Assembly: GCA_045611665.1 (NCBI GenBank) | Contig: JAZKXP010000004.1 | Span: forward strand, 1,446-65,445 | Length of the DNA stretch: 64,000 nucleotides | Reading direction: 5' to 3' | From: Alphaproteobacteria bacterium | Lineage (GTDB): Bacteria; Pseudomonadota; Alphaproteobacteria; CAAHEQ01; UBA3637 | Shown here: positions 19,183 to 29,310 of the stretch, piece after piece | Position numbering within the stretch: the stretch's first letter is position 1 | How the letters are laid out: every line of letters starts with the position of its first letter | The notes under the pieces: generated by a model | Told to the model about the DNA's origin: nothing | The model's input: only the letters and a program-made list of their open reading frames with translations | The model's database searches: none | Made by a program: the position numbers and the translations under genes

Positions 19183-20697
19183 CTATTTTCTCAAAAAGGA
19201 CGGCAATTCAAACCGATCATCCATAATCGTTGGAATTTCTTTATTTTCCTTTTGCGTCATTGCCTTAGGAGGACGTGTGGATTTTCCCATCAAACTGGGG
19301 ACTAAATCAAATAAACTGCCCCGCACCGTTTTCACATTCGCATCAGACCGCTTCGCTTCCACATCTACCGGCGGTTGAATGTCCGGCACTTGAACAATCG
19401 GAGTCGATGCCGGTATCGTCGGAACATCATCATCAAACAAAGGAGGTTCCGCTACGGTTGGTGTTTCATTCACTTCAACGGCAATATCCACAAAGGAAGC
19501 ATGAGACGTACCCGCACCTTCGGAAGACACCGGATTTGTTACCCGAACAGTCGTTGTCGTTGTTTGAATTAAGTCCGGTTGTTCCGGTATCGTTCGTTCA
19601 ATCACGATTGGTGTTTCCGGGGTTGTTGGAACAGGCACAACCGTTTCTTGAACCGGCACACGCGGCCTTTCCGGAGGAATCAACGGTTCGCCCTCCTTGG
19701 TGATTCCCGTTGCCACTAAAGAAACTCTGATTTTTCCATGTAATTCTTCATTCGTACAGGTACCAAAAATAATATTCGCATCGGGATCCAACTCAGAAAC
19801 GATTCGCTCTGTTGCCAAATCAACCTCACTCAAAGTCAAGTCCGTACCACCCGTGATATTAATTAAAATACTTTTTGCGCCCTTGATGGAAGAATCATCA
19901 AGCAACGGATTGGAAATGGCTTTTTCTGCCGCTTCAGAGGCACGATTTTCTCCGGAAGCTTCGCCCGTTCCCATCATAGCCCGTCCCATACCGGTAATAA
20001 CCGTTTTCACATCGGCAAAATCTAAGTTAATCAGTCCGGGATTCATCACCAAATCCGTAATCGACCGAACGCCTTGACACAACACATCATCAGCAATTCG
20101 GAAAGCCTCGGCAAACGTTGTACTATCCCCGGCAATTCGGAACAAATTTTGATTTGGAATAACAATTAAGGTATCAACAACCCGTTGTAATTCGGCAATG
20201 CCGGCCTCAGCCGTTCGCATCCGCCGAACCCCTTCAAAACGAAACGGTTTCGAAACCACACCTACCGTCAAAATACCCATTTCTTTTGCAATTTTTGCAA
20301 TCACAGGAGCGGCACCCGTCCCTGTACCGCCCCCCATTCCGGCGGTCACAAACAATAAATGTAAGCCTTGCAGATTTTCTTTGATTTTTTCGGCAGCCTC
20401 CTCCGCACTGGCACGTCCGATATCCGGATTAGCTCCGGCACCAAGCCCTTGAGTAATGGCCACACCCAACTGAATTCTATCGTTCACTAATGATTTTGAC
20501 AAAGCTTGCGCATCTGTATTGGCAACGGCAAAAGAAACACCCGTTAAATCTTGAGTAATCATATTGTTGACAGCATTGCCACCTGCCCCACCAACACCGA
20601 TCACACCGATATTGGGGGTCAATAACACCTCCGGCGGAGGTGTTGCCAACCCAATAGACAATCCGCCCGTATTATTTAAAAATTCTGACTCAGCCAT
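19183..20697 (-). CDS. ftsZ: Cell division protein FtsZ (long alphaproteobacterial-type C-terminal linker)
   Basis: 504 aa. Tubulin signature GGGTGTG, T7 loop NLDFADV, a roughly 170-aa Pro/Thr-rich linker and a C-terminal peptide ..[12 protein letters not shown]. Confidence 0.95.
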   Translation of the reverse strand: MAESEFLNNTGGLSIGLATPPPEVLLTPNIGVIGVGGAGGNAVNNMITQDLTGVSFAVANTDAQALSKSLVNDRIQLGVAITQGLGAGANPDIGRASAEEAAEKIKENLQGLHLLFVTAGMGGGTGTGAAPVIAKIAKEMGILTVGVVSKPFRFEGVRRMRTAEAGIAELQRVVDTLIVIPNQNLFRIAGDSTTFAEAFRIADDVLCQGVRSITDLVMNPGLINLDFADVKTVITGMGRAMMGTGEASGENRASEAAEKAISNPLLDDSSIKGAKSILINITGGTDLTLSEVDLATERIVSELDPDANIIFGTCTNEELHGKIRVSLVATGITKEGEPLIPPERPRVPVQETVVPVPTTPETPIVIERTIPEQPDLIQTTTTTVRVTNPVSSEGAGTSHASFVDIAVEVNETPTVAEPPLFDDDVPTIPASTPIVQVPDIQPPVDVEAKRSDANVKTVRGSLFDLVPSLMGKSTRPPKAMTQKENKEIPTIMDDRFELPSFLRK

Positions 20698-21932
20698 TGT
20701 ATCACCTTTCTTACCCTAGAATTCTTTTGTCCTTTTTGTCTGTCTGACGCATTCCATGCCGTTAAAATATTTTCTTGTCTTATCATGGCATATTTTACTA
20801 ATCCAATGCAAGTAGAAAATGTATAAGAATCAAACTGTGACGGCAATCCCTTTAAGACGGATGGCTTACCCAATCGAACGGCAGCACCCAACATATCGGC
20901 GGTTTTTTCTTTAATGCCTTGCAATCCGGCACCGCCTCCGGCTAAAATCAACCGTCTGGTTGCCGCCTGAAACATTGGATTTTCATCAATTCCGGCAGAT
21001 GTTTTTTCTAAAATATCTTCCAATCTCGGAATTAAAATAGAAATCAAATCAGACCGAGGAATTTGAATATTCGCCCCATCATCATCTGCCAAAATCGGAA
21101 CAATTAAGCGTTCTAAGTCATCTCGTGGAGACAAAAATGCCGACCCATTCAGTGTTTTTAACCGCTCAGCAACCGCCAATGAACAACCCAGCCCTTGTGC
21201 CACATCCCGTGTCATCGCATTTCCGCCGGCATGAACAAGCCCCAAATTAACCAAACACCCGCCTAAAAAAGTGGCATATCCGGTTATACCAGCCCCTAAG
21301 TCAATAACCGTTGCGCCAATATCTTTTTCTTCTTCCGAAATAATGGCAAGAGCGGAAGCATAAGGCGTTGCCACTTTCATATCTATTCCGACGTGACATC
21401 TATCCAAAACAGCCACCAAATTACGAGAACAACTTTCCGGCAAAAAGACAACATGCATATGTACACCCAAAGTCGGACCATACATTCCTCGAGGTTCTAC
21501 CCCCTGTTCCGCATTAACAACATAGCTTAATGGAAAAGAATGCAAAACTTCTTCTCCGGCCTCAATATGTTTTGCAACGGACCCGTCGACCAATCGTTTC
21601 ACATCTGATGCCGTAATTTGACGCCCATCAGCAATTTCCATTTCCTCATAATATTGAATAGACCGCATTTGATTAGATGAAATATTGACGATAACTTTAT
21701 CAATAGACCGTTCGCATTGATGTTCGGCTTGTTCTAAAACCGTTCGAATACAATCCGTCGCTTTATCCAAATCAACAATGACGCCATTTTTAATGCCTTT
21801 GGAAGGCGCATACCCCATTCCAATCACTTCCGGCTTTTGATCGGCATTCATTTTTAAGACCAAACAACACACTTTAGAGGTACCGATATCCAATACCGTC
21901 ATATAGGATTTTCTTTTACCGGTCCATTTCAT
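20676..21932 (-). CDS. ftsA: Cell division protein FtsA
   Basis: Actin-like ATPase; LDIGTSKV near the N-terminus (the probable true start is the internal MTVLDIG). Position ftsQ-ftsA-ftsZ. Confidence 0.9.
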   Translation of the reverse strand: MKWTGKRKSYMTVLDIGTSKVCCLVLKMNADQKPEVIGMGYAPSKGIKNGVIVDLDKATDCIRTVLEQAEHQCERSIDKVIVNISSNQMRSIQYYEEMEIADGRQITASDVKRLVDGSVAKHIEAGEEVLHSFPLSYVVNAEQGVEPRGMYGPTLGVHMHVVFLPESCSRNLVAVLDRCHVGIDMKVATPYASALAIISEEEKDIGATVIDLGAGITGYATFLGGCLVNLGLVHAGGNAMTRDVAQGLGCSLAVAERLKTLNGSAFLSPRDDLERLIVPILADDDGANIQIPRSDLISILIPRLEDILEKTSAGIDENPMFQAATRRLILAGGGAGLQGIKEKTADMLGAAVRLGKPSVLKGLPSQFDSYTFSTCIGLVKYAMIRQENILTAWNASDRQKGQKNSRVRKVIQWLSQNF

Positions 21933-22759
21933 TACTCTTTTTCCTCCGCTAAAGTTGCATCCGTTCGAACAATTAAGCGATCTTCAATTCTTAAGTCAAT
22001 CACAACAAAATCTTTATCCAATACCTGTTCCGTATCTTGCCATTGCATCAATCGTTCCAAGGCGGCCTCCACCTCGGTTTCCGGTAAATATACGGTGGTT
22101 CCGTCCGTTACATGGCGCAAAATTAAATTCCATCGTCTTCCCCCGACACGTACCGCAGAAACAACCATATCCCTGATAGCAGGATATTTATTAAGCGCTA
22201 TCATTAAATCAGAGGTATATTCAGGGGCATCCGGCCCAACAACCAAAATCAATCCGCTTAAAGTCGTTTCCTTATCATTAATCGGTTCACCCGTTTCATC
22301 TAACGGAAAGTAATTTTTATTATTTTGCCATACGGCAATCGGCGTTTTTTCAACAATACGAATATGCACAGTATCCGGTAAATGCCGTTCTACAGACACA
22401 CTATCAACCCATGGCAACTCAGCAATTTGACTTTGTACTTCGGATAAATCAACATCCAGTATCGGCATTCCTTGCTTTACATCCAATACCTGAACAATTT
22501 CTTCTTTTGTTGTACGATTATGCCCTTCAATATTCACCACCTGCAAAGATAAATGCGTTTTAGAAACGATTTGCTGATATAATTTAGCACTTTCCGCCAA
22601 CACTTTCTTACCGGATTGACCGGAAAAAAAAGCGGCCAACAAAAACACGATTAACACCAAAATCGCCGAGATTAATTTAACTTTTAACGGTATTAATTTT
22701 AACCGACTGTTTTTTTGTTTGTTCTTTATGCGTCGCATACGGCTCTCTCCACTAACCAC
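21932..22759 (-). CDS. ftsQ: Cell division protein FtsQ
   Basis: 275 aa with a basic N-terminus, a single TM, then POTRA-like domain; between ddl and ftsA. The start codon at 22759 is GTG on the sequence, so the ORF track evidently allows alternative starts. Confidence 0.75.
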   Translation of the reverse strand: MVSGESRMRRIKNKQKNSRLKLIPLKVKLISAILVLIVFLLAAFFSGQSGKKVLAESAKLYQQIVSKTHLSLQVVNIEGHNRTTKEEIVQVLDVKQGMPILDVDLSEVQSQIAELPWVDSVSVERHLPDTVHIRIVEKTPIAVWQNNKNYFPLDETGEPINDKETTLSGLILVVGPDAPEYTSDLMIALNKYPAIRDMVVSAVRVGGRRWNLILRHVTDGTTVYLPETEVEAALERLMQWQDTEQVLDKDFVVIDLRIEDRLIVRTDATLAEEKE

Positions 22760-23640
22760 ACAACCAACTCTTGATAGGACACACCTTGATAACGCGCCAA
22801 TTCCGGCACTAAAGATATCGGCGTCATACCGGGATTTGTATTAATTTCCAAAAACACCAAACCTTCTTCGGGGGAGGCATGATTATATCTGAAATCACTG
22901 CGAGACACCCCGCGACATCCCAACTCTTTATGTAACAAAAATGCTTGCTGCATCGCCAAATCATATATTTTTTGAGGCAACCGCGCCGGAATAATGTGTT
23001 CTGCTCCGCCTTGCGCATATTTATTGGTAAAGTCATAAAATCCGGACCGCGGAACAATTTCGACAACACCCAGCGCTCTTTCATCCGATACAGCCACCGA
23101 TATTTCAATGCCGTCAATATATTCTTCCATCATAACCGGTTTTTGAAATGGCCATGAAGACAACATCTTTTGTTCATCTTCCGAATTTTTGATAATAAAT
23201 ACACCCACAGATGACCCTTCATCATTTGGTTTTACAACATACGGCATAGGCAATGTCAAACCGTTTAAAACATCATTTTTTACCACCATCTTTTCGGCGG
23301 CAACCGTTAATCCGATATCGGCGGCAACCTTTTTTGCCAACCGTTTATTCATAGCCACAGCCGATGCTGCAACCCCCGAATGCGTATAAGGTATTTGCAA
23401 TAAATTCAAAATCCCCTGAACACATCCGTCTTCCCCAAATTTCCCATGCAGGGCATTAAAAACCACATCCGGCTTTTCACGGGTCAAAATACGGACAAAT
23501 TCGGCAACATCACGTGTTAAGTCAATCGGAAAAGGGCTGTATCCTGCCTCACTTAACGCCTGTAAAACACCTTGCCCGCTTTGTAATGAAATTTCTCTTT
23601 CCGATGAAATACCCCCCATTAAAACCGCGACCCGTTTCAT
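22726..23640 (-). CDS. ddl: D-alanine--D-alanine ligase
   Basis: 304 aa ATP-grasp enzyme (..LHGKFGEDG..; C-terminal ..FLEINTNPGMT..). Confidence 0.9.
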   Translation of the reverse strand: MKRVAVLMGGISSEREISLQSGQGVLQALSEAGYSPFPIDLTRDVAEFVRILTREKPDVVFNALHGKFGEDGCVQGILNLLQIPYTHSGVAASAVAMNKRLAKKVAADIGLTVAAEKMVVKNDVLNGLTLPMPYVVKPNDEGSSVGVFIIKNSEDEQKMLSSWPFQKPVMMEEYIDGIEISVAVSDERALGVVEIVPRSGFYDFTNKYAQGGAEHIIPARLPQKIYDLAMQQAFLLHKELGCRGVSRSDFRYNHASPEEGLVFLEINTNPGMTPISLVPELARYQGVSYQELVVWLVERAVCDA

Positions 23641-23644
23641 TTTT

Positions 23645-24580
23645 TTACTCCTTAGTTACACCTAATTTTTTAATTTCCCATTCCAACTCGACACCGGTAT
23701 CATTCCACACCTTTTCCCGAATTTCTTCACCCAAACTTTCAATATCTTTTGCCGTTGCATCTCCAAGATTAATTAAAAAATTGGTATGTTTTTCGGACAC
23801 CATGGCCCCCCCTCTACGATAGCCTCTAAAACCGGCTTTGTCAATTAAAGCCCAAGCCTGTAATCCGTGCGGATTTTTGAAAGTTGACCCCGCCGTCTTA
23901 ACCCCCGTTGGTTGATTATTTTCTCGTTTATGTTTATAATCGGCCATCGTTGCCAAAATATCTTCTGTTTTTCCTTTTTGTCCTTGAAAAACGGCACGCA
24001 CAAAAATCCAATCGTTCGGTAAATAACAGGTGCGATATCCGAAAACTTCCGTTTCTTTCGGATCAATTTCCCGAATATCACCTTCTCGCGTCACAATCGT
24101 TAAAGAGGTTAAAATATCCTCCAAACACTTTCCGTGAGCTCCTGCATTCATCCGGACAGCCCCCCCTACCGTTCCGGGAATACCGCTTAAAAATTCAAAG
24201 CCGGTCACACCGTTTTTAGCCGCTACGCGAGCCAGCTCTATTAACGAAACACCTCCGTCACACACAATTTTTGTATCTTCAACGGAAATTGTATGAAATT
24301 CTTTTCCCAAATGAATGGTAACACCGACAATGCCACCATCACGAATTAACACGTTGCTACCGCCTCCCAATAATGTCACCGGTACAGGCGGCATAAATTG
24401 TAACAACTTGGATAAATCCTCTATATCCGCGGGTTCTACATACACTTCAGCCGATCCGCCGACACCAAACCATGTTTTTTTATGTAGAGGATAATTAGTA
24501 AAAACACGCCCCCGAATCGGTGGTAAAGAATCAATTAAGGACACTTTTGTTTTAAAAATTTTTTTAAAAATGTTCCTCAT
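23645..24580 (-). CDS. murB: UDP-N-acetylenolpyruvoylglucosamine reductase
   Basis: 311 aa with FAD-binding PCMH domain motifs (GGGSN, AGSTFKNP). Confidence 0.9.
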   Translation of the reverse strand: MRNIFKKIFKTKVSLIDSLPPIRGRVFTNYPLHKKTWFGVGGSAEVYVEPADIEDLSKLLQFMPPVPVTLLGGGSNVLIRDGGIVGVTIHLGKEFHTISVEDTKIVCDGGVSLIELARVAAKNGVTGFEFLSGIPGTVGGAVRMNAGAHGKCLEDILTSLTIVTREGDIREIDPKETEVFGYRTCYLPNDWIFVRAVFQGQKGKTEDILATMADYKHKRENNQPTGVKTAGSTFKNPHGLQAWALIDKAGFRGYRRGGAMVSEKHTNFLINLGDATAKDIESLGEEIREKVWNDTGVELEWEIKKLGVTKE

Positions 24581-25971
24581 CTTTTTCCTTTCAATGCTTT
24601 AACCAATTTAATGGACTCTGCAGAAATACTGCCGGCCCCCAAACAAATAACCGTATCTCCGGCATTTGTTTCGGATTGTATTATATCGGCCAACTCTTCA
24701 AATCCGCTAAGAGATATAACATGTGGATGATATTGCGTTAAAGCATCGGCAAACGCCCGTTTATTTATTCCGTCGATTGGGACTTCGCCTGCCGGAAACA
24801 CATCACAAACTATAACGGTATCGGCATCCTTGAAACACGTTAAAAAATCTGTCCACAAATCACGTAACCGCGAATATCTATGCGGTTGAAAAACAGCAAC
24901 AACCTTCCCGGATGTACCGGAACGAACCGCTTGAACCGAGGCGGCAATTTCCACAGGATGATGACCATAATCATCATACAAAGCGACCTTATTAACTGTT
25001 CCGCGCAACGTTAACCGACGTTGGATGCCTTCAAATTTTTTAAGGGCTTTTTTTATTACGTCTTCTTTTATGCCTAAGCCAATACCCACGGCAACTGCCG
25101 CCAAGGCATTTTGCACGTTATGCAACCCAAACATATTCAGCATAACATCTTTTATTTTTACAAATTTAGCGCCCCGACGCACAAAAACATCAAACACCAA
25201 CCGGCCCTTTTTCAAACGAATATGGTCAGCATGTACATCCGCCGATTTATTTAATCCGTATGTAATGACTTTTCGGCTGTCTGTCTGTTCGGCTAACTCA
25301 CGCACAACCGGATGATCCGTGTTTAAAACACTAAATCCGTAAAAAGAGGTATTATCAACAAATAACCGATAGGCCGCTTTCATATTATCAAATTCTTTAT
25401 AATAATCCATGTGTTCGGAATCGATGTTTGTAATAACCGACACAGCATGCGGTAACCGCAAAAAAGACCCATCGGATTCATCGGCTTCCACAACCACATA
25501 TTTGCCCTTTCCAAGGCGCGCATTGGACGCTAAAGAATTTAAAATACCCCCAATCACAAAACTGGGTTTTAACCGAGCCTGCATCAAAATACTGGCGATT
25601 AAAGATGAGGTGGTTGTCTTGCCATGGGTACCGGAAATACAGATACTTTGTTTAAACCGTAATATTTCAGCCAACATCTCTGACCGATGCCCCACAGGAA
25701 TTCCCAATTGTTTTGCCGCAATTAACTCAGGGTTATCCGGTTGAATTGCCGTTGACACCACAACAGCATCCACCCCTTTTAAGTTATCAGCACTATGCCC
25801 GATAAAAACAGGAATCCCCTTATCTCGTACCCGCTTAGTATTTGCACTTTCCTTAGCATCCGATCCCTGTACACAAATACCCAAATCATCTAACATTTCG
25901 GCAATGGCACTCATTCCGATACCGCCAATACCAATAAAGTGAATCCGTTTTAAGGGGAGTGTTTTTTTCAT
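24577..25971 (-). CDS. murC: UDP-N-acetylmuramate--L-alanine ligase
   Basis: 464 aa Mur ligase (GIGGIGMS, GTHGKTTT). Confidence 0.9.
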   Translation of the reverse strand: MKKTLPLKRIHFIGIGGIGMSAIAEMLDDLGICVQGSDAKESANTKRVRDKGIPVFIGHSADNLKGVDAVVVSTAIQPDNPELIAAKQLGIPVGHRSEMLAEILRFKQSICISGTHGKTTTSSLIASILMQARLKPSFVIGGILNSLASNARLGKGKYVVVEADESDGSFLRLPHAVSVITNIDSEHMDYYKEFDNMKAAYRLFVDNTSFYGFSVLNTDHPVVRELAEQTDSRKVITYGLNKSADVHADHIRLKKGRLVFDVFVRRGAKFVKIKDVMLNMFGLHNVQNALAAVAVGIGLGIKEDVIKKALKKFEGIQRRLTLRGTVNKVALYDDYGHHPVEIAASVQAVRSGTSGKVVAVFQPHRYSRLRDLWTDFLTCFKDADTVIVCDVFPAGEVPIDGINKRAFADALTQYHPHVISLSGFEELADIIQSETNAGDTVICLGAGSISAESIKLVKALKGKR

Positions 25972-27095
25972 TTGACGTTTCCCTTTACAATATCATTCAC
26001 TAAATCCGCAATTTTATCAGACACATCCGGTTTGGCCAATTTATAAGACTGGGTTGCGGCCGTGTACAATAATTCCGGTTCATTAATCAGTTGCCCTAAG
26101 CGAACAGCAAATTTTTCGGCATCCCAATTATCTTCCGTCACCAACCAACCGGCCCCTGCATCCGAAAATTGACGTGCATTTTCCAATTGATGATTATCCG
26201 CCGAAGTCGGTAGCGGAATTAAAATAGCCGGACGACCGACAATTTGAGCCTCGGTAATTGTAGAGGCACCCGCCCGACCGATAATTAAATGAGCTTTTTC
26301 AATCAACTGGGGCATGTTATCAAAAAAGGATTTTAACTCAACATTTTTGAATCCTTTGTCTTTATATAAAATCTTGGCTTCATCCATATCTTCCGGACGC
26401 ACCTGAGCCGTTATAGACAATTTTGCCCGAACATCTTTTGGCAAAGCCAACAAAGCATGGGGTAATTTACGGGTCAAAAATTTCGCCCCCTGACTTCCTC
26501 CGAAAATCAGCAAATTAAACCCGTCATCCATTAACGGATAAGGGGCGTGTTGCTTAGCTAAAATCTGAGGTCTGACCGGTTGACCGACCCAAACGGCACG
26601 TACATTTTGAGGCAATCTCAACGTCGGATTAAAGGCCGTCAGAATCAACTTAGCACTTTTTGCCAATATTCGATTAGACCGCCCCAATACTGCATTTTGT
26701 TCGTGCAAAACAACAGGAATTCGCCACATGTGAGCAGCCATAACGGATGGAATAGATGCATATCCGCCAACGCCGATAACAACATTTGGATTTAACCGCT
26801 TTAACAACATCAAGGCCTGCACCATGCCACAGTATAATTTAAACGCACCCTTCATTTTACCCCAGAAAGATCGCCCCATTACATGCTCAGCCATCAGATG
26901 ATACGTTTTGACATCTAATCCACGAAACGCTCCCCCTCGTTTATCGGTTATAAATACAACCTCGTATCCTTTATGTATCAAAGCCTGCGAAATTGACTCA
27001 GCCGGAAAGACATGCCCTCCACTACCGCCGGTTGTTACAACGGCTAACGGTTTTTTAATTTGTTCTTGTTTCTTTTTCATCTTACCTTCTTTCAT
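25968..27095 (-). CDS. murG: Undecaprenyldiphospho-muramoylpentapeptide beta-N-acetylglucosaminyltransferase
   Basis: 375 aa GT28 enzyme with G-loop TGGSGGHVFPA. Confidence 0.9.
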   Translation of the reverse strand: MKEGKMKKKQEQIKKPLAVVTTGGSGGHVFPAESISQALIHKGYEVVFITDKRGGAFRGLDVKTYHLMAEHVMGRSFWGKMKGAFKLYCGMVQALMLLKRLNPNVVIGVGGYASIPSVMAAHMWRIPVVLHEQNAVLGRSNRILAKSAKLILTAFNPTLRLPQNVRAVWVGQPVRPQILAKQHAPYPLMDDGFNLLIFGGSQGAKFLTRKLPHALLALPKDVRAKLSITAQVRPEDMDEAKILYKDKGFKNVELKSFFDNMPQLIEKAHLIIGRAGASTITEAQIVGRPAILIPLPTSADNHQLENARQFSDAGAGWLVTEDNWDAEKFAVRLGQLINEPELLYTAATQSYKLAKPDVSDKIADLVNDIVKGNVK

Positions 27096-27098
27096 ATA

Positions 27099-28223
27099 TC
27101 ATTCTAAACCACGACTGAGCGTATGTCTTTTTGTTAGAGCCAAAATCACACCAAATGCAAAACCTATGGATACCAAAGACGACCCACCGTAAGAGATAAA
27201 CGGTAAAGTCATTCCTTTGGTCGGCAACAAATTCAGTGTTGAGCCCATGTTTACAATAGCCTGAAACGCAATCTGTGTCAATAATCCACCTACGGCAATT
27301 TGACAAAAAAGGTTGTTTTCTCCCCTCATTAACCAAAAACCCCGCAAAATAATATAAGCAAAAACCATTACCAAGACGGATGTAATAATAAAACCGAATT
27401 CTTCTGCCGATACCGCCAAAATAAAATCGGTATGTGCATCCGGTAATTCGTATTTAACAATCCCTTCCCCGGGACCTTTTCCGAACCAGCCGGCATTTTT
27501 TAATGTTTCCATTGATTTTTCAACTTGATATGCCTCTCCTTTGGCCGGATTTAAAAACCGATCAATACGAGCGTGAACATGATCAAACACAAAATATGCC
27601 ACCACAACGCCGGAGGCTAAAATTCCACTTAAAAAAGTGACAAAAGCAATCGGAATTCCGGATAAAAATAATTGTACTCCAAAAATGGCAGATACCGTCA
27701 ATAACATACCGATATCGGGTTGTAAAAACAGTAAGGTTGCAATAATAAAAAATAATATAAACGAGGCAATATATCCCGGGAATTGACGAATTAAACGACC
27801 AGAAGCCAACAACCAAGCACACACAACGGCAAAAGCCGGTTTCATAAACTCAGAAGGTTGTAACCCAACACCCAACAAATTAATCCAACGGGTAGCCCCC
27901 TTTATTTCCACACCGAATAACAAAACGTACACCATACCACATAAAGCACCCACCAAAATTAAACCGGACAATCTGCGCACCGATTTAAACGATAAAAAGG
28001 CAACCCCCATCATTACCAGAACGGCCGGTCCGATAAAAACCAATTGACGTTTAATAAAATGATACGGATCGATATGATTGCGCTCCGCCACCCCGGGGCT
28101 GGCCGCAAACGTCAAAAACAATCCAAACAACAATAACACAAATGCGCCGGTTAATAATCCTTTATCCATACTACGATAATGATTGACGCAAAATGATTGG
28201 ATTTTTTGACACAGCAGACGCAT
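27099..28223 (-). CDS. ftsW: Peptidoglycan glycosyltransferase FtsW (SEDS family)
   Basis: 374 aa, about 10 TM, SEDS family, in the dcw position. It sits directly after mraY with no intervening murD. Confidence 0.85.
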   Translation of the reverse strand: MRLLCQKIQSFCVNHYRSMDKGLLTGAFVLLLFGLFLTFAASPGVAERNHIDPYHFIKRQLVFIGPAVLVMMGVAFLSFKSVRRLSGLILVGALCGMVYVLLFGVEIKGATRWINLLGVGLQPSEFMKPAFAVVCAWLLASGRLIRQFPGYIASFILFFIIATLLFLQPDIGMLLTVSAIFGVQLFLSGIPIAFVTFLSGILASGVVVAYFVFDHVHARIDRFLNPAKGEAYQVEKSMETLKNAGWFGKGPGEGIVKYELPDAHTDFILAVSAEEFGFIITSVLVMVFAYIILRGFWLMRGENNLFCQIAVGGLLTQIAFQAIVNMGSTLNLLPTKGMTLPFISYGGSSLVSIGFAFGVILALTKRHTLSRGLE

Positions 28224-28226
28224 TTT

Positions 28227-29309
28227 TTACCTCAATTTTAATGTAGATAACGCTAAAATAGCCAACAAAATAGAAACAATCCAAAACCGAATAACAACTT
28301 GTGTTTCTTCCCACCCTTTTTTTTCAAAATGATGATGAATGGGTGCCATCAAAAAGACCCGCTTTTTTCTGAGCTTATAAGAACCCACTTGAATAATATC
28401 CGAAACTGCCTCCATCACAAATACACCGCCGGCAATAGCCAAGACAATTTCATGTTTTGTTGCTACGGCTAAGGCACCTAAGATACCGCCCAATGCCAAA
28501 GATCCCGTATCACCCATAAAGACTTGCGCCGGATGAGCATTAAACCACAAAAATCCCAAAACCGCACCAATGACCGCTCCACAGAAAATGGCCATTTCTC
28601 CGGCACCGGAAACGTAATGCATTTGTAAATAGCTTGTATAATCCACACGACCGACTAAATAAGCAATCACCATAAAAACCAATGTGGACATAATGACCGG
28701 TATACTGACCAATCCATCTAAACCATCCGTTAAATTAACGGCATTAGAGGTCCCAACCATGACGATTAAAGCAAACGGAATATAAAACCATCCTAAATCA
28801 ATAAACAAATCTTTAAAGAACGGAATGGTTAAAGTCGTACTCATCGGTCCGTGTTCCAAAAACATAATCCAAGCACAAGCTGCGGCGCTGACAAAAAACT
28901 GCAAAGCCAGTTTCTTTTTGCCGGAAATACCGTCACTGCTGCGTTTTGTTAATTTTAAATAATCATCTAATAATCCGGCAAATCCGAATCCGGCCATCAC
29001 AAACATCAACATCCAAACGTAAGGATTAAATAAATTGGCCCACAACAGTGCCGACACTGCAATGGAAATCAAAATCATCAATCCGCCCATTGTCGGTGTT
29101 CCTTTTTTCTTCAAATGGGTTTGAGGGCCATCTGACCGTATCGGCTGTCCTTCACCTTGTTTGCTTTTTAACCAACCTATAAATTTGGGTCCAAACAACC
29201 AACACAAGAAAAAGGCGGTAAACAAAGCTCCTCCAGCCCGAAAAGTGATGTATCTGAACACATTTAAAACGGAAATATCATTTGAAAAAAAGGATAATAA
29301 GTACAACAT
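28227..29309 (-). CDS. mraY: Phospho-N-acetylmuramoyl-pentapeptide transferase
   Basis: 360 aa with [12 protein letters not shown] and HHHFE motifs. Confidence 0.9.
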   Translation of the reverse strand: MLYLLSFFSNDISVLNVFRYITFRAGGALFTAFFLCWLFGPKFIGWLKSKQGEGQPIRSDGPQTHLKKKGTPTMGGLMILISIAVSALLWANLFNPYVWMLMFVMAGFGFAGLLDDYLKLTKRSSDGISGKKKLALQFFVSAAACAWIMFLEHGPMSTTLTIPFFKDLFIDLGWFYIPFALIVMVGTSNAVNLTDGLDGLVSIPVIMSTLVFMVIAYLVGRVDYTSYLQMHYVSGAGEMAIFCGAVIGAVLGFLWFNAHPAQVFMGDTGSLALGGILGALAVATKHEIVLAIAGGVFVMEAVSDIIQVGSYKLRKKRVFLMAPIHHHFEKKGWEETQVVIRFWIVSILLAILALSTLKLR

Positions 29310-29310
29310 C

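Noticed and set aside
19275-20452. Plus-strand ORFs inside ftsZ (19275..19703, 19375..19572, 19697..20077, 20198..20452)
   Set aside because: Antisense to a strongly conserved FtsZ. Their Pro/Ser/Arg-rich composition is typical of GC-skewed antisense frames. The same reasoning applies to the other antisense ORFs inside radA, murC, murE/F, ileS and mutS.
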